Assembly (NCBI GenBank): GCA_963704705.1
Contig: OY969931.1
Span: 1,110,001-1,142,000 of the forward strand
DNA: 32,000 nt
From: an uncultured bacterium
GTDB lineage: Bacteria > Patescibacteriota > Gracilibacteria > UBA1369 > PNNO01
Direction of reading: 5' to 3'
The notes under the pieces were generated by a model. That model was not told the DNA's origin and did no database searches. It was given only the letters and a program-made list of their open reading frames with translations. Shown in pieces: positions 11,499-18,782 of the stretch (positions are counted from its first letter, which is position 1; each line of letters starts with the position of its first letter). A program made the position numbers and the translations under genes.

Positions 11499-11819
11499 AC
11501 TTTCTCCTTTCCTTGTAATGGGTTGGTGCCTCAAAGAACATAAAGCTTCTTGCTGTACTTAAAATCAAGTCAGTAAAAAGACAGGCTAATAAAGTACCAC
11601 AATTAAATACGAAATCAATGTTACATCGTGACTGCCTGCATTTTATACATTCTAAACTTTTTGTCGATTGTTGTTTCGGATTGATGCTTGAGCTCGTCGT
11701 GTTTTTAAATATCGCCCATGGTTTTTTGTGATGAATTTCTTAAGCCGGCTTATTGCATGTGCCTTTGCCCATTTTTTGTTTGATGATTTTAAGTTTTAGA
11801 ATAATTTTTGGATTACAAG

Positions 11820-11853
11820 AAAAAACCTACCGCGCAACATGTGTACGCGGCAG
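11820..11853 (-). terminator. Intrinsic terminator (minus strand) of small ORF 11875-11994
   Basis: On minus: CTGCCGCG tacacatgttg CGCGGTAG G TTTTTT, an 8-bp stem with one G.U pair. Confidence 0.78.
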
Positions 11854-11874
11854 GCATGAAGCGGCCGGTCAGGA

Positions 11875-11994
11875 TCAGTTGCATCCGGGAAGAGGGACAC
11901 CTATGAAGTGCAGCAACAGTGGCAGAACCCAGAGTATTACTACTACCCCAAGGGCTATCGAAACCCAGAATTTAACTTTCTTGTCTTTTGCCAT
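11875..11994 (-). CDS. 39-aa predicted one-TM micropeptide, unknown function
   Basis: MAKDKKVKFWVSIALGVVVILWVLPLLLHFIGVPLPGCN. SD AAGGAG (12002-12007) is 7 nt upstream and a terminator follows. This is a short internal start of the listed 11875..12105 ORF. Confidence 0.65.
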   Translation of the reverse strand: MAKDKKVKFWVSIALGVVVILWVLPLLLHFIGVPLPGCN

Positions 11995-12085
11995 TGGCAT
12001 TCTCCTTTCAGATTTCGGCCTGTATAATTTCGAATTGCGCTTCGCAACAACTGGAACGAGCACAATCCAAGCAAATTGTAATTGA

Positions 12086-12113
12086 ACCTTATCACTTTTG
12101 CTCAATTTGTCAA
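12086..12113 (-). promoter_or_regulatory. Candidate promoter for the minus-strand small ORF
   Basis: On minus: TTGACA, 16-nt spacer, TAAGGT. Confidence 0.4.
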
Positions 12114-12130
12114 CTTAAAGCACTTTGCGT

Positions 12131-12158
12131 TTGACTTTTACCGCATACTCCCTATAAT
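12131..12158 (+). promoter_or_regulatory. sigma70-type promoter for fusA
   Basis: TTGACT (12131-12136), 16-nt spacer, TATAAT (12153-12158). Confidence 0.78.
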
Positions 12159-12163
12159 ACCTC

Positions 12164-12188
12164 TGGCGCTTTATTAGCGGCCATTTTT
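12164..12188 (+). promoter_or_regulatory. 5' leader hairpin plus T-tract upstream of fusA (candidate attenuator or 5' stabilising hairpin)
   Basis: TGGCGCT ttatt AGCG(g)CCA TTTTT, positioned at the expected transcript start. Confidence 0.4.
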
Positions 12189-12211
12189 ATATCTATTTAA
12201 CTATAAAAATC

Positions 12212-14287
12212 ATGTCTGAAGATCTGCGAAAACTGCGAAATATTGGTATTATTGCCCATATTGATGCTGGAAAAACAACTTTTACAGAACGTATATTATT
12301 CTATACCGGTAAAAAACATAAAATCGGTGAAACGCACGATGGTGCAGCTGATATGGACTGGATGGAACAGGAAAAAGAGCGTGGAATTACTATTACTTCG
12401 GCAGCTACTACCTGTTATTGGAAAGACATAAGAATTAATATTATTGATACTCCGGGTCACGTTGACTTTACTGCTGAAGTAGAACGTTCGCTACGTGTTT
12501 TGGATGGCGGTGTTGTTGTGTTTGACGGATCTCAGGGTGTTGAACCTCAATCTGAAACAGTATGGAGACAGGCTGATAAATATCATGTACCAAGAATGGC
12601 TTTCATCAACAAGATGGATAAAATGGGTGCTGATTTTTACATGTCTATTAATTCTATCGAACAAAGATTAAGTGATAAAGCAGTTGCAATTCAGCTTCCA
12701 ATCGGTGCTGAAAGTACTTTCGAAGGAGTTGTAGATCTATTGGAAGAAAAAGCATATAAATTTGAAGGAGAATTCGGGCAAAACATTGTTGCTGTTGATA
12801 TTCCTGAAGATATGAAAGAAAAAGTTGAAGAATACAGACATGTAATGATTGAAAAGGTAGCGGAATGCGATGACAATTTAATGGAAAAATATCTTGAAGG
12901 GCAAGATTTTACAATTGATGAAATTAAAGCAGCTATAAGAAAAGGAACCATCGCAAACCAAATTTATCCTGTTTTATGCGGAACAGCGCTTCAGAATATT
13001 GGTGTACAGCTAATGCTTGATGCTGTTAATTGGTACCTTCCTTCACCTCTTGATATTCCACCAATAAAAGGTATTAATCCAAGAACAGAACAGGAAGAAG
13101 AAAGACCAGCTGATGAAACCAAACCTTTCTCTGCACTTGCATTTAAAATCGCAACAGACCCTTTTGTAGGTAAACTATGTTTCTTTAGGGTTTATTCAGG
13201 AAGACTTGATGCAGGCTCTTATGTTTATAATGCAACAACAGGCCAAAAAGAAAGAATCGGTCGTATTTTACAGATGCATGCGAACTCACGTGAAGAAATC
13301 AAAGAAGTGAAAGCAGGTGATATCGCGGCTACGGTAGGTCTTAAAAACACAATGACAGGAAATACACTATGTGATGAAGGTCATCCGATTGTTTTGGAAT
13401 CAATTGACTTCCCTGAGCCTGTTATTTCGATCGCAATCGAACCTAAAACCAAATCAGATCAAGAGAAGCTTGGACTTTCTCTTCAAAAACTTGCTGAGGA
13501 AGATCCTACTTTCCAGACTTACACTGATGAAGAAACCGGTCAGACTATTATTTCAGGAATGGGTGAGCTTCACCTTGAAGTATTGGTTGATCGTTTAAGA
13601 AGAGAATTTAAAGTTGAAGCGAATGTAGGTAAACCTCAGGTTGCATACCGTGAAACAATTCAATCTGAAGTTGAAATGGAAGAAAAATATTCAAAACAAA
13701 CCGGTGGTCGTGGTCAATACGGACACGTACTTATCAGAGTCATGCCACAAGAACCAGGTAAGGGTTATGAATTCGCTGATAAAATCACTGGTGGTAAAAT
13801 CCCTAAAGAATATATTCAGCCTGTAAATAAGGGTATTCAGGAAGCAATGACAAGAGGTGTTATTGCGGGCTACCCAATGGTTGACCTTAAAGTTGAACTT
13901 TACGATGGTTCATACCACGATGTGGATTCATCTGAAATGGCGTTTAAAATAGCGGGTTCTATCGCCTTCCAAAACGCTGCCAAAAAAGCAAATCCAGTTC
14001 TTCTTGAACCAATAATGAAAGTTGAAGTGGTAACTCCTGAAGAATATTTTGGAGATGTAATGGGTAACTTAAGCTCAAGAAGAGGACAAATTAGTGAATC
14101 AGGCGACAGAGGACCAGTTAAATTTATCAAGGCCGAAGTGCCTTTAAGTGAAATGTTCGGTTATACAACTGACTTAAGATCAATGACTCAAGGTAGAGCA
14201 ACTTCAACAATGGAATTTGGACATTATTCAAAAGTTCCTAAGAATGTTGAAGAAAAGGTAGTTGCTGAACGAACAGGAAAAAAATAA
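12212..14287 (+). CDS. fusA: Elongation factor G
   Basis: [55 protein letters not shown], and domain [45 protein letters not shown]. Confidence 0.99.
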   Translation: MSEDLRKLRNIGIIAHIDAGKTTFTERILFYTGKKHKIGETHDGAADMDWMEQEKERGITITSAATTCYWKDIRINIIDTPGHVDFTAEVERSLRVLDGGVVVFDGSQGVEPQSETVWRQADKYHVPRMAFINKMDKMGADFYMSINSIEQRLSDKAVAIQLPIGAESTFEGVVDLLEEKAYKFEGEFGQNIVAVDIPEDMKEKVEEYRHVMIEKVAECDDNLMEKYLEGQDFTIDEIKAAIRKGTIANQIYPVLCGTALQNIGVQLMLDAVNWYLPSPLDIPPIKGINPRTEQEEERPADETKPFSALAFKIATDPFVGKLCFFRVYSGRLDAGSYVYNATTGQKERIGRILQMHANSREEIKEVKAGDIAATVGLKNTMTGNTLCDEGHPIVLESIDFPEPVISIAIEPKTKSDQEKLGLSLQKLAEEDPTFQTYTDEETGQTIISGMGELHLEVLVDRLRREFKVEANVGKPQVAYRETIQSEVEMEEKYSKQTGGRGQYGHVLIRVMPQEPGKGYEFADKITGGKIPKEYIQPVNKGIQEAMTRGVIAGYPMVDLKVELYDGSYHDVDSSEMAFKIAGSIAFQNAAKKANPVLLEPIMKVEVVTPEEYFGDVMGNLSSRRGQISESGDRGPVKFIKAEVPLSEMFGYTTDLRSMTQGRATSTMEFGHYSKVPKNVEEKVVAERTGKK

Positions 14288-14289
14288 TT

Positions 14290-14460
14290 ATGGATAAAAA
14301 GTACGACCCACTAGCTCCACATATACCAGAAGACATGACTCCAGAAGAAGCTGAAGCTGAAAATCAGCGATTGTTACGACAGCAGATGGAAGACGACATG
14401 TTTCAGGAGGCTCATGGGATAAAAAGACGTACTGCAAAAATTACTAGGCTTGATGATTAA
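14290..14460 (+). CDS. 56-aa hypothetical protein
   Basis: Hand-translated: MDKKYDPLAPHIPEDMTPEEAEAENQRLLRQQMEDDMFQEAHGIKRRTAKITRLDD. Begins immediately after fusA and overlaps the next ORF. Absent from the supplied track. Confidence 0.6.
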   Translation: MDKKYDPLAPHIPEDMTPEEAEAENQRLLRQQMEDDMFQEAHGIKRRTAKITRLDD

Positions 14461-14704
14461 AATTAACGAGCTTACAAAGCGAATTAAAAATTCGCAATAT
14501 CTTTATGACAATGAAAAAGCTGAACTGCTTGCGGATTTGCCAAACCTAACAGATAATGAATTAAATACTCTGAATGACATTTTTATTGATGTGGATAATG
14601 AATATGAAGTCTTAACCGAGGCAAGTTATTTTGCTGTGTCCGGCTTAATGCAAGCATTCATCACAATGAATGATTTTGAAATTAAAAATCAAAAAAATGC
14701 CTGA
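14453..14704 (+). CDS. 83-aa hypothetical protein
   Basis: MIKINELTKRIKNSQYLYDNEKAELLADLPNLTDNELNTLNDIFIDV...; ATG at 14453 overlaps the preceding stop. Stop TGA. Confidence 0.65.
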   Translation: MIKINELTKRIKNSQYLYDNEKAELLADLPNLTDNELNTLNDIFIDVDNEYEVLTEASYFAVSGLMQAFITMNDFEIKNQKNA

Positions 14705-15458
14705 AAGATATAAAGGCCCCGAAAAAAAAGAAGTTAATAGACAAAAACTAATGCCTTCCCGCAGAGAGATTGGACGTGTTTTAAAATCCGGTCCTGCAAA
14801 CAAATTGCGACAACAAACTAATTTATTGAAATTAAAAGGTATCAATCAACTTAAAAACACCCCTGGACCAAAAGAACAAGTTACAACAATTGTAAAACTT
14901 GCTGAAAATTTAAAAAACAGAGTTGCCAAACAGGTTAGAGGCAAATTAAATGGAGAACTTAATAAAAAACAATCAGATTTATTAAATATGCGCTTTAGAT
15001 TACCTAATCAACAATCCTCAAGAGAAAGCCAAAAAGGCAAAGTTGTTTTGAAATTAAAAGGTTTAGGTGTAGGCGTGAAATATAGCAAAGGCGGTTCCAA
15101 TATTGAAGTTGCCATAAAAAAAGGCCCTGATAAAAGAACTCCTGTTGATGCAAAAGTTAAAGCCAATATTCGTATTCCTGGCCAGGAAAACACAACACTC
15201 CATTTAAGATATGATCATAAACTTAAAAGGTTTTCTGTTAGCGGAGATTATACACTTGCTAATGCAGGTAAATTATTAGGTAAAAAAGCTCAGCTTAATG
15301 TTAATGCAAATGTTGCGGTTTCTCCAAAAGAATCAAATTATTCAACTTCGGTCACTTATGGGAACGACAAATTGAAATTAGAAGCTCGCACAGATCTGAC
15401 TTATCAAAGAGGCAGGGTCTCATATCAAGTCGTGGGTGGGGTCAGCGCCAGATTTTAA
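14697..15458 (+). CDS. Hypothetical protein: basic N-terminal half, beta-strand-rich C-terminal half ending in F
   Basis: ATG at 14697 overlaps the preceding stop by 8 nt (MPERYKGPEKKEVNRQKLM...YQVVGGVSARF). The track starts at 14670, which would need a longer overlap. Confidence 0.75.
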   Translation: MPERYKGPEKKEVNRQKLMPSRREIGRVLKSGPANKLRQQTNLLKLKGINQLKNTPGPKEQVTTIVKLAENLKNRVAKQVRGKLNGELNKKQSDLLNMRFRLPNQQSSRESQKGKVVLKLKGLGVGVKYSKGGSNIEVAIKKGPDKRTPVDAKVKANIRIPGQENTTLHLRYDHKLKRFSVSGDYTLANAGKLLGKKAQLNVNANVAVSPKESNYSTSVTYGNDKLKLEARTDLTYQRGRVSYQVVGGVSARF

Positions 15459-15465
15459 AATTCCC

Positions 15466-15494
15466 TTGCATTTAACTTCTATATTCGCTAATAT
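15466..15494 (+). promoter_or_regulatory. Candidate promoter for tuf
   Basis: TTGCAT (15466-15471), 17-nt spacer, TAATAT (15489-15494). Confidence 0.5.
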
Positions 15495-15555
15495 CTCTCA
15501 AGCGTTTGGACTTTCTAGTCCATGCATTAAATTATATCACTAATAACCCAAAAAT

Positions 15556-16749
15556 ATGGCTGAACAAGAAAAGTTTGATCGTTCAAAGCCACACGTTAAC
15601 GTGGGTACCATCGGGCACGTAGACCATGGTAAAACAACTCTAACTGCTGCTATCACTGCTGTTGCTGCTGCAAAAATGGGTGGTAAAAACAAAGCAGTTG
15701 CGTTCGATCAAATCGACAATGCTCCTGAAGAAAAAGAAAGAGGTATTACAATCGCAACCTCTCACCAGGAGTACGAAACAGAAAAAAGACACTATGCGCA
15801 CGTGGATTGTCCAGGGCATGCTGACTACGTAAAAAATATGATCACTGGTGCGGCACAAATGGATGGTGCGATTCTTGTAGTATCTGCTGCAGACGGACCA
15901 ATGCCACAAACTCGTGAACACATACTATTGGCTCATCAGGTAAACGTTCCATACATTATTGTTTTTTTAAACAAAATGGATATGGCTGACCCTGAAGTTG
16001 CTGAACTTGCAGAAATGGAAGTTCGCGATCTTTTAACTAAATATGAATACCCTGGAGACGAAATTCCAGTTATTAAAGGATCTGCTCTTAAAGCTCTTGA
16101 AAATCCAACAGGGCCAGATGCAGAACCAATTGTTGAATTATTAAACACGCTTGATACTTATATTCCGGATCCAAAACGTGAAATCGATAAAGATTTCTTA
16201 ATGCCTGTGGAAGATGTATTCTCTATTAAAGGTAGAGGTACTGTTGCTACCGGACGTATTGATACAGGAATTGTAAGAATTAATGACGAAGTAGAAATCG
16301 TTGGAATTAAACCAACAAGAAAAGTTATTGTTACAGGAGTTGAAATGTTCAAAAAACTTCTTGATGAAGGACGCGCTGGTGATAACGTTGGTGTTCTTTT
16401 AAGAGGTATTGAAAGAGAAGAAATCGAAAGAGGACAGGTTCTTGCTAAACCAGGAACAATTAAACCACACACTAAATTCGAAGCTGAAGTTTACATCCTA
16501 ACTAAAGAAGAAGGCGGACGTCATACTCCATTCTTCAAAGGATACAAACCTCAATTCTATATCAGAACTACTGATGTAACCGGTTCAATCGAACTTCCAC
16601 CGGATGTTGAAATGGTAATGCCTGGTGATAAAGTAAACATGAAAGTTGAACTTGGTACACCAATCGCGATGGATGAAGGTCAAAGATTTGCGATTCGTGA
16701 AGGTGGTAGAACAGTTGGAGCTGGTGTAGTAGCTAAAATCATGGATTAG
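15556..16749 (+). CDS. tuf: Elongation factor Tu
   Basis: [68 protein letters not shown]. Confidence 0.99.
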   Translation: MAEQEKFDRSKPHVNVGTIGHVDHGKTTLTAAITAVAAAKMGGKNKAVAFDQIDNAPEEKERGITIATSHQEYETEKRHYAHVDCPGHADYVKNMITGAAQMDGAILVVSAADGPMPQTREHILLAHQVNVPYIIVFLNKMDMADPEVAELAEMEVRDLLTKYEYPGDEIPVIKGSALKALENPTGPDAEPIVELLNTLDTYIPDPKREIDKDFLMPVEDVFSIKGRGTVATGRIDTGIVRINDEVEIVGIKPTRKVIVTGVEMFKKLLDEGRAGDNVGVLLRGIEREEIERGQVLAKPGTIKPHTKFEAEVYILTKEEGGRHTPFFKGYKPQFYIRTTDVTGSIELPPDVEMVMPGDKVNMKVELGTPIAMDEGQRFAIREGGRTVGAGVVAKIMD

Positions 16750-16804
16750 AGAGCGACCAAAGGGAGCTCTTTGGAGCGAGCCGCGTTAAGGCGGCGAGCG
16801 AAGC
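16750..16804 (+). repeat. Dispersed GAGCGAAGCGAGC-type element directly after the tuf stop
   Basis: agagcgaccaaagggagctctttggagcgagccgcgttaaggcggcgagcgaag, with internal CCAAAG...CTTTGG pairing. Confidence 0.65.
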
Positions 16805-16825
16805 TAAAAAATATAAGTCCTAGTC

Positions 16826-16853
16826 GCCCCTGCCGAAAGGTGGGGGCTTTTTT
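16826..16853 (+). terminator. Intrinsic terminator of tuf
   Basis: GCCCCTGCC GAAA GGTGGGGGC TTTTTT: 9-bp stem (two wobbles), GAAA tetraloop, T6. Confidence 0.9.
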
Positions 16854-16901
16854 AGACCAGGTCTGGCGGGTAGACCAGGTCTGGCCGCCAGACCTGGTCT
16901 A
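16853..16901 (+). repeat. Triple 15-bp palindromic repeat
   Basis: TAGACCAGGTCTGGC (16853-16867), ggg, TAGACCAGGTCTGGC (16871-16885), c, GCCAGACCTGGTCTA (16887-16901). Confidence 0.95.
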
Positions 16902-16906
16902 AATCA

Positions 16907-16935
16907 TTTACAACCTAAGTGAATTCTGGTATAAT
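16907..16935 (+). promoter_or_regulatory. Candidate promoter for ORF 16972
   Basis: TTTACA (16907-16912), 17-nt spacer, TATAAT (16930-16935). Confidence 0.7.
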
Positions 16936-16971
16936 AATAATGTATTAATATATCCTTAAACAAAAATAAAT

Positions 16972-17382
16972 ATGTCACCAGAAACACCAAAAAATCCAGG
17001 TGCAGGAGAAACTCATGAAGTAAAGGGTACGTCTCCGGAAAAACAAAAGAAAGACCAACAGCTAATGGACAAGCTTTTAACTGGTCTACCAGGCTATAAG
17101 CCAAAAACAGAAAAAGCAAAACAAGGTGCAAAAGCTGTTGAAAAAAAGGATGCTAAACTTAAAAAAGGCACAGCTGAATACAAGAAGAGACTTGCAGAGC
17201 TTACAGACATTGATATTGGTCCAAATGATAAGCTAAAAAATGTAAAAATTGCAGGCGAAGGTATGACAAAAGAACAAATTGCAGGCAAACAAGGAGCAAA
17301 GGCTCCTAATGAAGCACTTGCAAAAAAATCTACAAAAAATGCTCCTAGCTCAGGCACTCCTGAAAGAAAAGGTCTTGCATAA
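16972..17382 (+). CDS. 136-aa lysine-rich hypothetical protein
   Basis: Open ORF with a promoter just upstream (MSPETPKNPGAGETHEVKGTSPEKQKKDQQLMDKLLTG...). No recognised domain. Confidence 0.7.
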   Translation: MSPETPKNPGAGETHEVKGTSPEKQKKDQQLMDKLLTGLPGYKPKTEKAKQGAKAVEKKDAKLKKGTAEYKKRLAELTDIDIGPNDKLKNVKIAGEGMTKEQIAGKQGAKAPNEALAKKSTKNAPSSGTPERKGLA

Positions 17383-17397
17383 ACTTAATTAATTTTA

Positions 17398-18297
17398 ATG
17401 GATGAGTTAAAGAATCATTTAGAGAAACTGATTGAGCTTTCCCCTACCTTAAAGTCTCTTTCTGATGAAGAAAGGGCTTTGCGTGTTAAAAGTATGCTTA
17501 ATTCTTCTCCGGAAAAAATGCAGGAGATAATTAAAGTTTTGGAGGAAGAACAGGAATTCATGCAAAATGTTGAATCGGAATTTCAGGAGCATGCTGATGA
17601 AGTAAACGCGTTTTATGATGAAGTAAAAGAAGAAAAACATGTACAGGAAAGACAGGAAATGAAAAAAGCGGAAACAGAGGACCTTAAAGTCGCGAATAAA
17701 GAAGTTTCTATACTTATGCAAAAACTAGAAGATGTAGCAAAAAAAGAACCTGAGCAATTAAAAGAAGTTAAAAATAAAAAATACAAATTCACAGATTTAT
17801 TTAAAGGAAAAATAACTTTAATGAAATTCGTTCGCGGCACACTTGCGGCAATAATCGGCACTGTTTTATGCGGACTTGCAGGCATTCTGGTTGTTTTTGG
17901 GATTGTTTTTAGTATGGGAAAGTACGTAAAACTTGAAGTTGTATATAATTTGGAACCGCTAGTTAGTTTTAATGCTTATTGGTTTGCGTTAATTTATGCT
18001 GCATTGATAGGACTTATTTTAATTCCATTATTAAGATTGATGAAGAATAAAAGCTTTTTATTAAGCCTTTTATTGGGAGGTGTTATTGGCGGCTTACTGC
18101 TTGCTTTATCCCATATGGCTTTTGGGCTTGATACCGACATTTTATTGCTCCAGGATTCAACTCCAATACATTTAAGAGGCTACTGGGTAGCTACAGGCTT
18201 TGCAGTAATTGTTGGATTCCTAAGCCAATTTGTTTATCGTTTAATTAATTTAGGAGAATTTTTCAATTTGACTTCTAAAGAAAATTCAATAGAATAG
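17398..18297 (+). CDS. 299-aa hypothetical protein: N-terminal coiled-coil region and about four C-terminal TM helices
   Basis: Acidic, helical N-terminus followed by hydrophobic segments ([28 protein letters not shown]; [19 protein letters not shown]; [24 protein letters not shown]; [20 protein letters not shown]). Confidence 0.75.
   Translation: MDELKNHLEKLIELSPTLKSLSDEERALRVKSMLNSSPEKMQEIIKVLEEEQEFMQNVESEFQEHADEVNAFYDEVKEEKHVQERQEMKKAETEDLKVANKEVSILMQKLEDVAKKEPEQLKEVKNKKYKFTDLFKGKITLMKFVRGTLAAIIGTVLCGLAGILVVFGIVFSMGKYVKLEVVYNLEPLVSFNAYWFALIYAALIGLILIPLLRLMKNKSFLLSLLLGGVIGGLLLALSHMAFGLDTDILLLQDSTPIHLRGYWVATGFAVIVGFLSQFVYRLINLGEFFNLTSKENSIE
18268..18295 (+). promoter_or_regulatory. Candidate promoter for rpsJ, inside the 3' end of the upstream ORF
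   Basis: TTGACT (18268-18273), 16-nt spacer, TAGAAT (18290-18295). Confidence 0.6.
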
Positions 18298-18299
18298 AG

Positions 18300-18418
18300 G
18301 GGCAACAAAATTATGTGTCCTGCTTTTAGGACGCATGCCGCTTACAAAGCGGTACAGCCCGAAACTTCTATTAACAGCTATTATTAATAGCCGGGCAAAT
18401 GTTGACCCGGTATTTTTT
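18300..18418 (+). promoter_or_regulatory. Structured rpsJ leader ending in a terminator-like hairpin (candidate attenuator)
   Basis: GTCCT/AGGAC (18317-18332), CCGCTT/AAGCGG (18338-18352), CTATTAA/TTAATAG (18368-18390), CCGGG/CCCGG (18391-18410) plus TATTTTTT, ending 15 nt before the rpsJ ATG. Confidence 0.65.
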
Positions 18419-18433
18419 AACAACTTAAAAGTC

Positions 18434-18769
18434 ATGTCACCTTCAAAGCAAAAAATCAGGATCAAGCTTAGAGCTTATGATCACAAAATCATTGATGACA
18501 GCGCAAAACTAATCATTGATACAGCAGTAAGAACAGGAGCAATTATTAACGGCCCTATTCCCCTACCAACGAAAATCGAAAAATATACAGTAAACAAATC
18601 TACTTTCGTACACAAAAATTCAAGAGAACAGTTTGAAATCAGAACTCACAAACGTCTTATTGATATAAGCGAAAGTACTCCAAAAACAATTGAAAACCTT
18701 TCTAATTTGACCCTTCCTGCAGGTGTTGATATTGAAATCAAAATGCTGATAAACCCTAAAGGAGAATAA
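18434..18769 (+). CDS. rpsJ: 30S ribosomal protein S10 (uS10)
   Basis: [72 protein letters not shown]. The track start at 18335 covers the leader; ATG 18434 ([17 protein letters not shown]) gives the canonical length. Confidence 0.95.
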   Translation: MSPSKQKIRIKLRAYDHKIIDDSAKLIIDTAVRTGAIINGPIPLPTKIEKYTVNKSTFVHKNSREQFEIRTHKRLIDISESTPKTIENLSNLTLPAGVDIEIKMLINPKGE

Positions 18770-18782
18770 TTTCTTGATGTAT

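Noticed and set aside
11266-11568. 100-aa minus-strand ORF in the track (MILSTARSFMFFEAPTHYKERRKYDE...)
   Set aside because: It overlaps the better supported 47-aa ORF in another frame and runs through the terminator hairpin. No start signal or protein-like composition.
11753-12085. 110-aa plus-strand ORF in the track
   Set aside because: Antisense to the SD-supported 39-aa ORF and its terminator; composition looks non-coding.
12691-14130. Several minus-strand ORFs inside fusA, and similar ones inside tuf, rplB, rpsS, rplV and rplP
   Set aside because: Shadow ORFs antisense to well identified conserved genes, without start signals or recognisable domains.
18335-18433. N-terminal 33-aa extension of rpsJ ([33 protein letters not shown])
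   Set aside because: It covers the hairpin-rich leader and terminator. uS10 begins canonically at ATG 18434 ([17 protein letters not shown]).
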